Assembly: GCF_032444005.1 (NCBI RefSeq)
Contig: NC_091290.1
Coordinates: 7,626,001 to 7,690,000, forward strand
DNA length: 64,000 nt
Reading direction: 5' to 3'
From: Ranitomeya imitator
Lineage: Eukaryota
Shown: in pieces, positions 45,655 to 57,974 of the stretch
How positions within the stretch are numbered: the first letter of the stretch is position 1
Layout: each line of letters starts with the position of its first letter
The notes under the pieces: generated by a model
Database searches by the model: none
What the model was told of the DNA's origin: nothing
Seen by the model: only the letters and a program-made list of their open reading frames with translations
Made by a program: the position numbers and the translations under genes

Positions 45655-47002
45655 GGGCGGGGGGCAGAGGCCGGGGGCAGACCGCGGGGGGTGGGGGGTA
45701 GAGGCCAGGGGCGGGGGCGGGGGGCAGAGGCCGGGGGCGGGGGGCAGACCGCGGGGGGTGGGGGGCGGGGGGCAGACCGCGGGGGGTGGGGGGCGGGGGG
45801 CAGACCGCGGGGGGTGGGGGGCGGGGGGCAGACCGCGGGGGGTGGGGGGCGGGGGGCAGACCGCGGGGGGTGGGGGGCAGACCGCGGGGGGTGGGGGGCA
45901 GACCGCGGGGGGTGGGGGGCGGGGGGCAGACCGCGGGGGGTGGGGGGCGGGGGGCAGACCGCGGGGGGTGGGGGGCAGAGGCCGGGGGCAGACCGCGGGG
46001 GGTGGGGGGCAGAGGCCGGGGGCAGACCGCGGGGGGTGGGGGGTAGAGGCCGGGGGCGGGGGGCAGACCGCGGGGGGTGGGGGGCAGAGGCCGGGGGCAG
46101 AGGCCGGGTGCGGGGGGCAGGGGTGGGGGGTAGAGGCCTGGGGCGGGGGGTAGAGGCCAGGGGCGGGGGGCAGAGGCCGGGGGCAGACCGCGGGGGGTGG
46201 GGGGTAGAGGCCAGGGGCGGGGGGCAGAGGCCGGGGGCGGGGGGCAGACCGCGGGGGGTGGGGGGCAGAGGCCGGGGGCAGACCGCGGGGGTTGGGGGGC
46301 AGAGGCCGGGGGCGGGGGGCAGACCGCGGGGGGTGGGGGGCAGAGGCCGGGGGCAAACCGCGGGGGGTGGGGGGTAGAGGCCGGGGGTGGGGGGCAGGGG
46401 GCAAACCGCGGGGGGTGGGGGGTAGAGGCCGGGGGTGGGGGGCAGGGGGCAGACCGCGGGGGGTGGGGGGCAGAGGCCGGGGGCAAACCGCGGGGGGTGG
46501 GGGGTAGAGGCCAGGGGTGGGGGGCAGAGGCCGGGTGCGGGGGGCAGGGGTGGGGGGTAGAGGCCTGGGGCGGGGGGTAGAGGCCAGGGGTGGGGGGCAG
46601 AGGCCGGGGGCAGACCGCGGGGGGTGGGGGGTAGAGGCCAGGGGTGGGGGGCAGAGGCCGGGTGCGGGGGGCAGGGGCGGGGGGCAGACCGCGGGGGGGG
46701 GGGGGTAGAGGCCAGGGGTGGGGGGCAGAGGCGGGGGGCAGGGGCGGGGGGTAGAGGCCAGGGGCGGGGGTGGGGGGCAGAGGCCGGGGGCAGACCGCGG
46801 GGGGTGGGGGGTAGAGGCCAGGAGTGGGGGGCAGAGGCCGGGTGCGGGGGGGCAGGGGCGGGGGGCAGACCGCGGGGGGTGGGGGGTAGAGGCCAGGGGT
46901 GGGGGGCAGGGGCGGGGGGTAGAGGCCAGGGGCGGGGGTGGGGGGCAGAGGCCGGGGGCAGACCGCGGGGGGTGGGGGGTAGAGGCCGGGGGCAGACCGC
47001 GG
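45655..47002 (+). repeat. Extremely G-rich irregular repeat (GCAGACCGCGGGGGGTGGGGGG / AGAGGCCGGGGG)
   Basis: Continuous G4-G7 runs separated by 1-8-nt loops. Confidence 0.93.
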
Positions 47003-47176
47003 TGTCCTCCTCCACATGTGTCCGGTTATTTCTAGGCATCAGGATCTGTATATAATGTAGGGGAGATGGGGGTCTGCAGACGCCCCCAATGGGCCGGGAA
47101 GGCGGAGGTTGTACCCGCCCCAGAGGGGTGAAGAGATATGGGAGGATATGCTTCCCCAATATATAAGAATTCTGTG

Positions 47177-47785
47177 TACGCGCCCCTGAGGGAGGGACTA
47201 TAACATATACCCCCGAGGGAAGGACTATGGTGGCCTCATATACGCCCCTGAGGGACTGTGGTGCTACATACACGCCCCTGAGGGAGGGACTATGGTGTCA
47301 TGTACACGCCCCTGAGGGAGGGACTATGGTGTCATGTACACGCCCCTGAGGGAGGGACTATGGTGTCATGTACACGCCCCTGAGGGAGGGACTATGGTGT
47401 CATGTACACGCCCCTGAGGGAGGGACTATGGTGTCATGTACACGCCCCTGAGGGAGGGACTATGGTGTCATGTACACGCCCGAGGGAGGGACTATGGTGT
47501 CATGTACACGCCCCTGAGGGAGGGACTATGGTGTCATGTACACGCCCCTGAGGGAGGGACTATGGTGTCATGTACACGCCCCTGAGGGAGGGACTATGGT
47601 GTCATGTACACGCCCCTGAGGGAGGGACTATGGTGTCATGTACACGCCCCTGAGGGAGGGACTATGGTGTCATGTACACGCCCCTGAGGGAGGGACTATG
47701 GTGTCATGTACACGCCCCTGAGGGAGGGACTATAACATATACAGGGACTGTGGTGGCCACATACAATGATGGTGTCCCCTGAGGG
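47177..47785. repeat. 34-bp minisatellite ACACGCCCCTGAGGGAGGGACTATGGTGTCATGT (about 14 perfect copies plus degenerate flanks)
   Basis: Direct periodicity over 47270-47735. Confidence 0.94.
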
Positions 47786-48069
47786 TAGATGGGCCTGTGT
47801 ACACTATGGAGGTGCAGTGCGGCCCCTCGGCTCCGTTCCCTGGCAGAGCTGCTCTGCGCTGTCAGTCCTGTAGACAGTGGCTGGGCAGAGATGGGCGCGC
47901 TCCACCTCCATTCACGCCATGGGCCTCAGCAGAGCTCCGGTCTCGGCCCTGCAAGTCGTCGCTTGTCCTGCGTGCACCGTGATTGTGAGCGTCCGGCACG
48001 GTGTGCTCTGGATCCCGCCAGATTGTGCCGAGCGTGTCTGAGGAGTGTCCTGTGGATGGCTGGAGCTCG

Positions 48070-50525
48070 CGGTCACGTGGGGGGTGTCTGCGGTCACGTG
48101 GGGGGTGTCTGCGGTCACGTGGGGGGTGTCTGCGGTCACGTGGGGGGTGTCTGCGGTCACGTGGGGGTGTCTGCGGTCACACGGGGGGGTGTCTGCGTTC
48201 ACACGGGGGGGTGTCTGCGGTCACACGGGGGGGTGTCTGCGGTCACACGGGGGGGTGTCTGCGGTCACGTGGGGGGTGTCTGCGGTCACGTGGGGGGTGT
48301 CTGCGGTCACGTGGGGGGTGTCTGCGTTCACACGGGGGGTGTCTGCGTTCACACGGGGGGTGTCTGCGTTCACACGGGGGGTGTCTGCGGTCACACGGGG
48401 GGTGTCTGCATTCACACGGGGGGTGTCTGCGGTCACACGGGGGGGTGTCTGCGGTCACACGGGGGGGTGTCTGCGGTCACACGGGGGGTGTCTGCGGTCA
48501 CACGGGGGGTGTCTGCGGTCACACGGGGGGGTGTCTGCGGTCACACGGGGGGGTGTCTGCGGTCACACGGGGGGTGTCTGCGGTCACACGGGGGGTGTCT
48601 GCGGTCACACGGGGGGTGTCTGCATTCACACGGGGGGTGTCTGCGGTCACACGGGGGGTGTCTGCGGTCACACGGGGGGTGTCTGCATTCACACGGGGGG
48701 TGTCTGCGGTCACACGGGGGGGTGTCTGCATTCACACGGGGGGTGTCTGCATTCACACGGGGGGTGTCTGCATTCACACGGGGGGTGTCTGCGGTCACAC
48801 GGGGGGTGTCTGCGGTCACACGGGGGGTGTCTGCGTTCACACGGGGGGTGTCTGCGGTCACACGGGGGGGTGTCTGCATTCACACGGGGGGGTGTCTGCA
48901 TTCACACGGGGGGTGTCTGCGGTCACACGGGGGGTGTCTGCGGTCACACGGGGGGTGTCTGCATTCACACGGGGGGTGTCTGCGGTCACACGGGGGTGTC
49001 TGCGGTCACACGGGGGGGTGTCTGCGGTCACACGGGGGGTGTCTGCGGTCACACGGGGGGTGTCTGCATTCACACGGGGGGTGTCTGCGGTCACACGGGG
49101 GGGTGTCTGCATTCACACGGGGGGTGTCTGCATTCACACGGGGGGTGTCTGCGGTCACACGGGGGGTGTCTGCGGTCACACGGGGGGTGTCTGCGGTCAC
49201 ACGGGGGGGTGTCTGCATTCACACGGGGGGTGTCTGCGGTCACACGGGGGGTGTCTGCGGTCACACGGGGGGTGTCTGCGGTCACACGGGGGGTGTCTGC
49301 ATTCACACGGGGGGTGTCTGCGGTCACACGGGGGGGTGTCTGCGGTCACACGGGGGGGTGTCTGCGGTCACACGGGGGGTGTCTGCGGTCACACGGGGGG
49401 TGTCTGCGGTCACACGGGGGGTGTCTGCATTCACACGGGGGGTGTCTGCGGTCACACGGGGGGGTGTCTGCATTCACACGGGGGGTGTCTGCATTCACAC
49501 GGGGGGTGTCTGCATTCACACGGGGGGTGTCTGCGGTCACACGGGGGGTGTCTGCGGTCACACGGGGGGTGTCTGCGTTCACACGGGGGGTGTCTGCGGT
49601 CACACGGGGGGGTGTCTGCATTCACACGGGGGGGTGTCTGCATTCACACGGGGGGTGTCTGCGGTCACACGGGGGGTGTCTGCGGTCACACGGGGGGTGT
49701 CTGCATTCACACGGGGGGTGTCTGCGGTCACACGGGGGTGTCTGCGGTCACACGGGGGGGTGTCTGCGGTCACACGGGGGGTGTCTGCGGTCACACGGGG
49801 GGTGTCTGCATTCACACGGGGGGTGTCTGCGGTCACACGGGGGGGTGTCTGCATTCACACGGGGGGTGTCTGCATTCACACGGGGGGTGTCTGCGGTCAC
49901 ACGGGGGGTGTCTGCGGTCACACGGGGGGTGTCTGCGGTCACACGGGGGGGTGTCTGCATTCACACGGGGGGTGTCTGCGGTCACACGGGGGGTGTCTGC
50001 ATTCACACGGGGGGTGTCTGCATTCACACGGGTGTCTGCGGTCACACGGGGGGTGTCTGCGGTCACACGGGGGGTGTCTGCGGTCACACGGGGGGTGTCT
50101 GCATTCACACGGGGGGTGTCTGCGGTCACACGGGGGGTTGTCTGCGGTCACACGGGGGGTGTCTGCGGTCACACGGGGGGTGTCTGCATTCACACGGGGG
50201 GTGTCTGCGGTCACACGGGGGGGTGTCTGCATTCACACGGGGGGTGTCTGCATTCACACGGGGGGTGTCTGCGGTCACACGGGGGGTGTCTGCATTCACA
50301 CGGGGGGTGTCTGCATTCACACGGGGGGTGTCTGCGGTCACACGGGGGGTGTCTGCGGTCACACGGGGGGTGTCTGCGGTCACACGGGGGGTGTCTGCAT
50401 TCACACGGGGGGTTGTCTGCGGTCACACGGGGGGTGTCTGCGGTCACACGGGGGGTGTCTGCATTCACACGGGGGGTGTCTGCGGTCACACGGGGGGTGT
50501 CTGCGGTCACACGGGGGGTGTCTGC
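48070..50525. repeat. 22-bp minisatellite GTGTCTGCGGTCACACGGGGGG with variable G-run (about 110 copies)
   Basis: Direct periodicity. Variants GGTC/ATTC/GTTC and a 742-bp internal block duplication. Confidence 0.96.
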
Positions 50526-50759
50526 CTCACCGCGGTCGTGATTGTGGTGACATTGTGCAGACAGTACCAGGATTTCATCATTTATGGCGAATTCTGTGGC
50601 TGAAGGAGACACAAGCGACGTTGGTGCACAAATTTTGCCGCTGTCCGGCTTCACCATTTTCCTTGTACGGCCGCTATCCCTCATCCTAACGGATTAATTA
50701 TAATTCCGCCGCCTGCACTCACCTGTGTCCACCGCAAAAGGGAAGATTGGGCGTCTTAA

Positions 50760-53247
50760 AGGGATTTTACCATCCTCCGCAATGGCTGATCTCTGAATGC
50801 CGGGGGTGCCAGAATTTGGTCATTGTTGAGGGTCTTCTCTGGGACACACATGGGCAGAGTCTACTTGTGGGGAGGCCTGGACATTCTCACCATAAGAAAC
50901 CAACCGAAGCCTTAACCCCCGCTTTCCACTGCCAGGCTTCATTTATTTCCTTTCTTTTTACAGAACCCTGACTTGTTTTTCTGTCCCCTTCGGGGTACAG
51001 GGGCTTTCTACTTGTGAGACGAGTTGTACTTTTGATGACACCGTTCACTTTACTGAAAATACGGTGGGAAACAAATGCAGCTGCAGGAATGTTCTTTGGG
51101 TTTAGTTTTTGCGGTTTTACACTCTGTACCCTGATTCTCCGCATCACTGCAGTCACAACGGTTTATTCTGTTTTTTTTATTTCTTTGGGTTTTTCAGTGG
51201 GAATAAAGTGGCACTTTGTACCTAGTCTTTAAGGCGTTGCGGTGCCATTCTTCTGTCGGTGGGGCTTGTTTTTTCGCGAGGTGAGCTGATGGGTTTATTG
51301 ATAACATTCTGGGTGACAGTCAACATTTTTATTAATTGTTTTTAATTTTATTTTTTTTACTGTTTACCCTGAGCATTGGATATTTTTATAAATCAGACAT
51401 GTCGGTGACTGTGACAGCAGCATTTATCAGGTTCTCCGCAGATCATCGCCTTATCTGTTGGTACAGACTGATGCCGGCTGTTTTACCAGCGCTCCTGAGC
51501 CGGCTCCATACATGGGGACCTCCTCCTACTTGTGGAAAGGGTTAAATGGATCCACTGGCTCCTCTGACCGTCCTCGTGCCCTCTGCGCCGCCCGTACATG
51601 TTGGTGGTCTTAGTATGTGAAGTTATAAGATGCTGCCAGTCTCCTGCGGGAACAAATGTCCATCAGGGGTGAATATTTAGGACCCCACGTACATAACATG
51701 AGACTTCAGTGCAGTGAAGCTGCTTTCCTGCCTGTCGTCGCCCGTCCTCTCCGCCCGGCTGCCATTGTTGCTTGTCTCGGTCAGGGAGAGTTGATTCTGA
51801 CTTTCTCTTTTTGGTTATGTTACAAGTAACTTCTGATAAACCAGGCGCCCCCCTTTCCTCATCGCTCGGTGGTCTTCTGCTGCACAATCTCGCCTGCCTG
51901 TAGACACCAGTATTGTTTGCAGCTTCTAGGTGATATTTTTTTTCCCTCCATTCACATGGCCGATACTAAACCCACTTCCCCCTCCTGCTCCCTGCGGACA
52001 GCTGTTTGGTGAGCCTCGCACCCCTCCTGGGTCGCCCAGTGTTTGCTCATATAATGGCCGTGACGGTGCCATGTTCCTGTCCTGGCGCAGCGCTGATAAG
52101 AGCTGGGAACACTGCAGGGCGGCAGAAGTAATGAGGGAACACATGGCTTCCCTGCAGCCCATTACTGGCCAGATGTAGTGATTATTCCCCCACATGTGAT
52201 CACTTTCCAAGTCTTGCGTTGTATAAGCACATGTGTAATGGTGGGAAGCGCCAGCATTTGTGGGGTGATGGGGTCCTACATTTACTCAGGCTGATCTCTG
52301 CCCTATTGGCTGCTTATCACCCCCTTTTACACCGGCTGATGGGATCTGTTGAGGGGCCTTGCAGTTGGACGCTGACCGTTACATTGGCCGAAGCCGCCTA
52401 ACATGCAGACCTCATGGCAGGTACCTCCCTGGTGCCCTCCAGATACAGCCGTGAGCCCTTGTTCTGGCCGTTCAGCCCCGTCCTGTTGGCGTGTTGTCAG
52501 CAGTCGTCCCCTGGTGATTACATGTGGAGACCTGAAGCCGACTGCCATTATTTTTAGGCTGCATGAATGATGCAATAAATCAATCCATGAGCTTTTTGCT
52601 GCCCTGTTCACACACGGGGCACCGAGCGTTCTTACAAACATCCCGATCACGGACCTAAACCTCAGAGATGTTACATAAACTGCACATAATGGAGATGCAT
52701 TTTATTAATTATTTTCTTTTTAACCCTCAGGCACCGCATAGGATATAAGGGTCTCACAAGCTCCGGGCCGCTGCTTGCCCTTTCAGGACACAGAACGTTA
52801 ATGTAAGTCTCCAATTTCTCCTACATATGAATGTATTTAGCACATTGCAGGGCTTTATTGTTGCACCGTGCTGTCGGATTCAGACATGTTGTGAGTCTGC
52901 AGTGCAGCTTTGTGGGCCGTGTGTAGGTGAAGACTGACGGCGTCGCTCCCCTAATCCCTTCTCCTTCACATGGAGAGTGGAGGGTGGTGTGACTGCTGAC
53001 ACCATGTCCAGACGAAGCACAGAGAAGGGTCAGGCCACTAATTCTCCCTGGATGATCCTCTTCTGGGGGCTGTAATCCTGCACGCACACTGGACTGTCAA
53101 CCTCTCTTCTGCTGCAGACAATAATGGACGCCAGGAGCAGCAGGGGAGACTCGCCATTAGACCCAAGGAGAGTGAGTAAAGCACGGTTTCTAGTAAAAAC
53201 AAAATGAGAGCAGGGGGACACGGGTTTTCGGAAACCATAAAATCCCT
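50760..53247. mobile_element. Possible Kolobok-type non-autonomous element (TTAA TSD, 10-bp TIR), or two separate family ends
   Basis: TTAA|AGGGATTTTA at 50756-69 and TAAAATCCCT|TTAA at 53238-51. Short match only. Confidence 0.3.
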
Positions 53248-53361
53248 TTAAGATGGGTCAGCAATCTGTGGCACTTAGGCTGCTGCAAAATTATCACTTC
53301 CATCATGGCCTCATAACTGCTGCATGTTGGGTGTTGCAGATATATATATATATATATATAT

Positions 53362-53570
53362 TTCACAAAAATAGGCAGCACTCCAAATTCTTAGAAAAAT
53401 GTGCAGGGTTTTATTATACCCACATCTCCGTGCAACGTTTCGGCTCTGAATGAGCCTTTCTCAAGGCTTGAGAAAGGCTCATTCAGAGCCGAAACGTTGC
53501 ACGGAGATGTGGGTATAATAAAACCCTGCACATTTTTCTAAGAATTTGGAGTGCTGCCTATTTTTGTGAA
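53362..53570. repeat. Perfect palindrome (104-bp arms, 1-nt spacer) carrying Penelope-like hammerhead cores; (TA)n on the left
   Basis: 53362-53465 is the exact reverse complement of 53467-53570. The right arm begins CTTGAGAAA-GGCTC-ATTCA-GAGCC-GAAACGTTG. Confidence 0.92.
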
Positions 53571-53643
53571 GTATATTGACCAAGAATAACCAGTGGACAG
53601 GTTGTTTTGGGCCTTGCACCCGAAGATAAGTATTGGATTTGTG

Positions 53644-53803
53644 NNNNNNNNNNNNNNNNNNNNNNNNNNNNNNNNNNNNNNNNNNNNNNNNNNNNNNNNN
53701 NNNNNNNNNNNNNNNNNNNNNNNNNNNNNNNNNNNNNNNNNNNNNNNNNNNNNNNNNNNNNNNNNNNNNNNNNNNNNNNNNNNNNNNNNNNNNNNNNNNN
53801 NNN
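53644..53803. other. Assembly gap (160 N)
   Basis: Run of N. Confidence 0.99.
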
Positions 53804-55104
53804 ATGTACAGAAGTTCAGCAGCTCTTATGCTATTGTGTGACTGCCGGAAATTGCAGCGCTGCAGCCGATCACTGGAAGATGAGATGAGGCCACACTTCA
53901 CGGCAAAGGTCTGCCTATTTTTTTTATTTTTTATTTTCCCCCGGATGTCATCGTTTTCCCAGACAGCAGTGACTTTGGGCCAACTGGAGGCATTTGCTAA
54001 GGATGTGAGATTTGGGATATTTTCAGCCGTGTGTCTGACGTCTTCCGCTCTTTTTTTGCAGCCGCTTTATTTGACTTGTTGGAATCTTGTGGGTTTAGAG
54101 GTGAGAAATTTGTTAGGTTGAAGGGTTTCTGTCTGAACACAAGCAGTAGTTTTACTGATTGAGGTCAGATTACCCCGGATAGATTTCCGCCCGTACATTG
54201 CTGGGTTTGTGCTGCGAGGTGTCGTCTTCTCCGATTACACTCACAGGTCACCAGAGAATAGTGCCACCGCTCCCTGCACCGAACGTCGTCATGTAGCTTC
54301 CGGCAGAGCCCGAGATCTACACGCCGTATCCTCCATTACTGCCTACTGGTCTCCATTCTGAGATCCTTTTAGGATTGGACCTTATTTCCAGATCTCTTTA
54401 TGGCTGGATCCGGGATCCCTTACTTTGGTCGTGTGCACTTGGGGTGGATAGGACGCTGTGTGTAGTCTCAGCTTTTACACTGAGACCGTGATTCAGAAAT
54501 CGCCTTGTCAGACTGGCGGCGATCTGTGCTGACTCCCACATAGACGTTCACGCTCCGAGTAACCCACCATTGGAAAGGATCACTTATAAGGGGGTTTTAG
54601 GTCAACAGTGCCTGCATGCACGGCGTGTGACAGGAGCGACACTGTCAAGGGAGGCCGTACTAAATTAGCCCCTTCATTCTCGGCCTCCTTTTCCTGGTGT
54701 AATGTTTCATGTCCAGTGCGGTGACTTTACTGTGGAAGTGATCATTTGCTGATGGGTTTCCTAATGGACGCTACTGATCGGAGATGGCAGATTTCTGAAG
54801 GCCCCGGGTTACAGGCATGAATATCCACACTGCATTCAGACCGGCTGCAGGCGACCCGGCTGCCATTTCACAGTTGTGGGGTTTTCTTATATTAAACAGT
54901 CGCAGGACACTAAGTCCCGGGCGAACTGCATCGGGGTTTTTGGTCTATTACAAGAGCCCGTGTATTACTTGCATCTGTCAGAGGATGAGTTGTGTGATTA
55001 GTGGCCACATCGCACCCGTAGGCTGCAACTTTGACATAACGTGGAGCCGTTACACTCCAGTAAAGGTGAATGGAGCCAACAATTGGGCTCAGCAGAGTCG
55101 TTAT

Positions 55105-57235
55105 TGTTTGGTGCTGGTGTGCGGACTCCTAATGATGACCGGATTGGTGCTGGTGTGCGGACTCCTAGCGATGGCCGGATTGGTGCTGGTGTGCGGACTC
55201 CTAGCGATGGCCGGATTGGTGCTGGTGTGCGGACTCCTAGCGATGGCCGGATTGGTGCTGGTGTGCGGACTCCTAGCGATGGCCGGATTGGTGCTGGTGT
55301 GCGGACTCCTAGCGATGACCGGATTGGTGCTGGTGTGCGGACTCCTAGCGATGGCCGGATTGGTGCTGGTGTGCGCACTCCTAGCGATGGCCGGATTGGT
55401 GCTGGTGTGCGCACTCCTAGCGATGACCGGATTGGTGCTGGTGTGCGGACTCCTAGCGATGGCCGGATTGGTGCTGGTGTGCGGACTCCTAATGATGGCC
55501 GGATTGGTGCTGGTGTGCGCACTCCTAGCGATGGCCGGATTGGTGCTGGTGTGCGCACTCCTAGCGATGGCCGGATTGGTGCTGGTGTGCACACTCCTAG
55601 CGATGGCCGGATTGGTGCTGGTGTGCGGGCTCCTAGCGATGGCCGGATTGGTGCTGGTGTGCGGGCTCCTAGCGATGGCCGGATTGGTGCTGGTGTACGG
55701 ACTCCTAGTGATGGCCGGATTGGTGCTGGTGTGCGGACTGCTAGGTATGGTCGGATTGGTGCTGGTGTGCGGACTCCTAGTGATGGCCGGATTGGTGCTG
55801 GTGTGCGGACTGCTAGGTATGGTCGGATTGGTGCTGGTGTACGGACTCCTAGTGATGGCCGGATTGGTGCTGGTGTGCGGACTGCTAGGTATGGCCGGAT
55901 TGGTGCTGGTGTGCGGACTCCTAGTGATGGCCGGATTGGTGCTGGTGTGCGGACTGCTAGGTATGGTCGGATTGGTGCTGGTGTGCGCACTCCTAGCGAT
56001 GACCGGATTGGTGCTGGTGTGCGGACTCCTAGCGATGGCCGGATTGGTGCTGGTGTGCGGACTCCTAATGATGGCCGGATTGGTGCTGGTGTGCGCACTC
56101 CTAGCGATGGCCGGATTGGTGCTGGTGTGCGCACTCCTAGCGATGGCCGGATTGGTGCTGGTGTGCGCACTCCTAGCGATGACCGGATTGGTGCTGGTGT
56201 GCGGACTCCTAGCGATGGCCGGATTGGTGCTGGTGTGCGGACTCCTAATGATGGCCGGATTGGTGCTGGTGTGCGCACTCCTAGCGATGGCCGGATTGGT
56301 GCTGGTGTGCGCACTCCTAGCGATGGCCGGATTGGTGCTGGTGTGCACACTCCTAGCGATGGCCGGATTGGTGCTGGTGTGCGGGCTCCTAGCGATGGCC
56401 GGATTGGTGCTGGTGTGCGGACTGCTAGGTATGGTCGGATTGGTGCTGGTGTACGGACTCCTAGTGATGGCCGGATTGGTGCTGGTGTGCGGACTGCTAG
56501 GTATGGTCGGATTGGTGCTGGTGTGCGGACTCCTAGTGATGGCCGGATTGGTGCTGGTGTGCGGACTGCTAGGTATGGTCGGATTGGTGCTGGTGTACGG
56601 ACTCCTAGTGATGGCCGGATTGGTGCTGGTGTGCGGACTGCTAGGTATGGCCGGATTGGTGCTGGTGTGCGGACTCCTAGTGATGGCCGGATTGGTGCTG
56701 GTGTGCGGACTGCTAGGTATGGTCGGATTGGTGCTGGTGTGCGGACTCCTAGTGATGGCCGGATTGGTGCTGGTGTGCGGACTGCTAGGTATGGTCGGAT
56801 TGGTGCTGGTGTGCGGACTCCTAGTGATGGCCGGATTGGTGCTGGTGTGCGGACTGCTAGGTATGGTCGGATTGGTGCTGGTGTACGGACTCCTAGTGAT
56901 GGCCGGATTGGTGCTGGTGTGCGGACTGCTAGGTATGGTCGGATTGGTGCTGGTGTGCGGACTCCTAGTGATGGTTGGATTGGTGCTGGTGTGCGGACTC
57001 CTAGTGATGGCCGGATTGGTGCTGGTGTGCGGACTGCTAGGTATGGTCGGATTGGTGCTGGTGTGCGGACTGCTAGGTATGGTCGGATTGGTGCTGGTGT
57101 GCGGACTCCTAGTGATGGTTGGATTGGTGCTGGTGTGCGGACTCCTAGTGATGGCCGGATTGGTGCTGGTGTGCGGACTGCTAGGTATGGCCGGATTGGT
57201 GCTGGTGTGCGGACTCCTAGTGATGGCCGGATTGT
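55105..57235. repeat. 36-bp minisatellite GGATTGGTGCTGGTGTGCGGACTCCTAGCGATGGCC (about 59 copies), A/B variants
   Basis: 12-aa periodic pseudo-ORFs. The alternating ACTCCTAGTGATGGCC and ACTGCTAGGTATGGTC variants give a 72-bp dimer. Confidence 0.96.
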
Positions 57236-57349
57236 GGTTACCGTGACTGCTTCAGGTGACCGGAAAACTAAGTAAGAGGTTTGGGCTTCTGACCCGTCAT
57301 GTTTCTTTCCAGCCTCCTGGCCTAAACTATGGAAGTTCGATTGCTGCTT

Positions 57350-57974
57350 AGTGGTTAGCACAGGCGGTGGCTCAGTGGTTAGCACGGTGCGGTGGCTCAG
57401 TGGTTAGCACGGTGCGGTGGCTCAGTGGTTAGCACGGTGCGGTGGCTCAGTGGTTAGCACGGTGCGGTGGCTCAGTGGTTAGCACGGTGCGGTGGCTCAG
57501 TGGTTAGCACGGTGCGGTGGCTCAGTTGTTAGCACGTTGCGGTGGCTCAGTGGTTAGCACGGTGCGGTGGCTCAGTGGTTAGCACGGTGCGGTGGCTCAG
57601 TGGTTAGCACGTTGCCGTGGCTCAGTGGTTAGCACGTTGCCGTGGCTCAGTTGTTAGCACGGTGCGGTGGCTCAGTGGTTAGCACGGTGCGGTGGCTCAG
57701 TGGTTAGCACGGTGCGGTGGCTCAGTGGTTAGCACGGTGCGGTGGCTCAGTTGTTAGCACGTTGCGGTGGCTCAGTGGTTAGCACGGTGCGGTGGCTCAG
57801 TGGTTAGCACGGTGCGGTGGCTCGGTGGTTAGCACGGTGCGGTGGCTCGGTGGTTAGCACGGTGCGGTGGCTCGGTGGTTAGCACGGTGCGGTGGCTCGG
57901 TGGTTAGCACGGTGCGGTGGCTCAGTGGTTAGCACGGTGCGGTGGCTCGGTGGTTAGCACGGTGCGGTGGCTCA
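57350..57974 (+). repeat. 25-bp minisatellite GGTGGCTCAGTGGTTAGCACGGTGC (about 24 copies), a tRNA/SINE A-box head
   Basis: The unit contains TGGCTCAGTGG, matching the Pol III A-box consensus TRGCNNARYGG, in the context GGTGGCTCAGTGGTTAGCAC typical of tRNA-derived SINE 5' ends. Confidence 0.9.

Noticed and set aside
48710-50200. 742-bp block period equal to the 742-bp LTR length
   Set aside because: No sequence similarity between the two; a numerical coincidence.
57350-57974. tRNA gene cluster
   Set aside because: Only the first 20 or so nt of a tRNA-like head is repeated; there is no anticodon arm, T-arm/B-box or cloverleaf.
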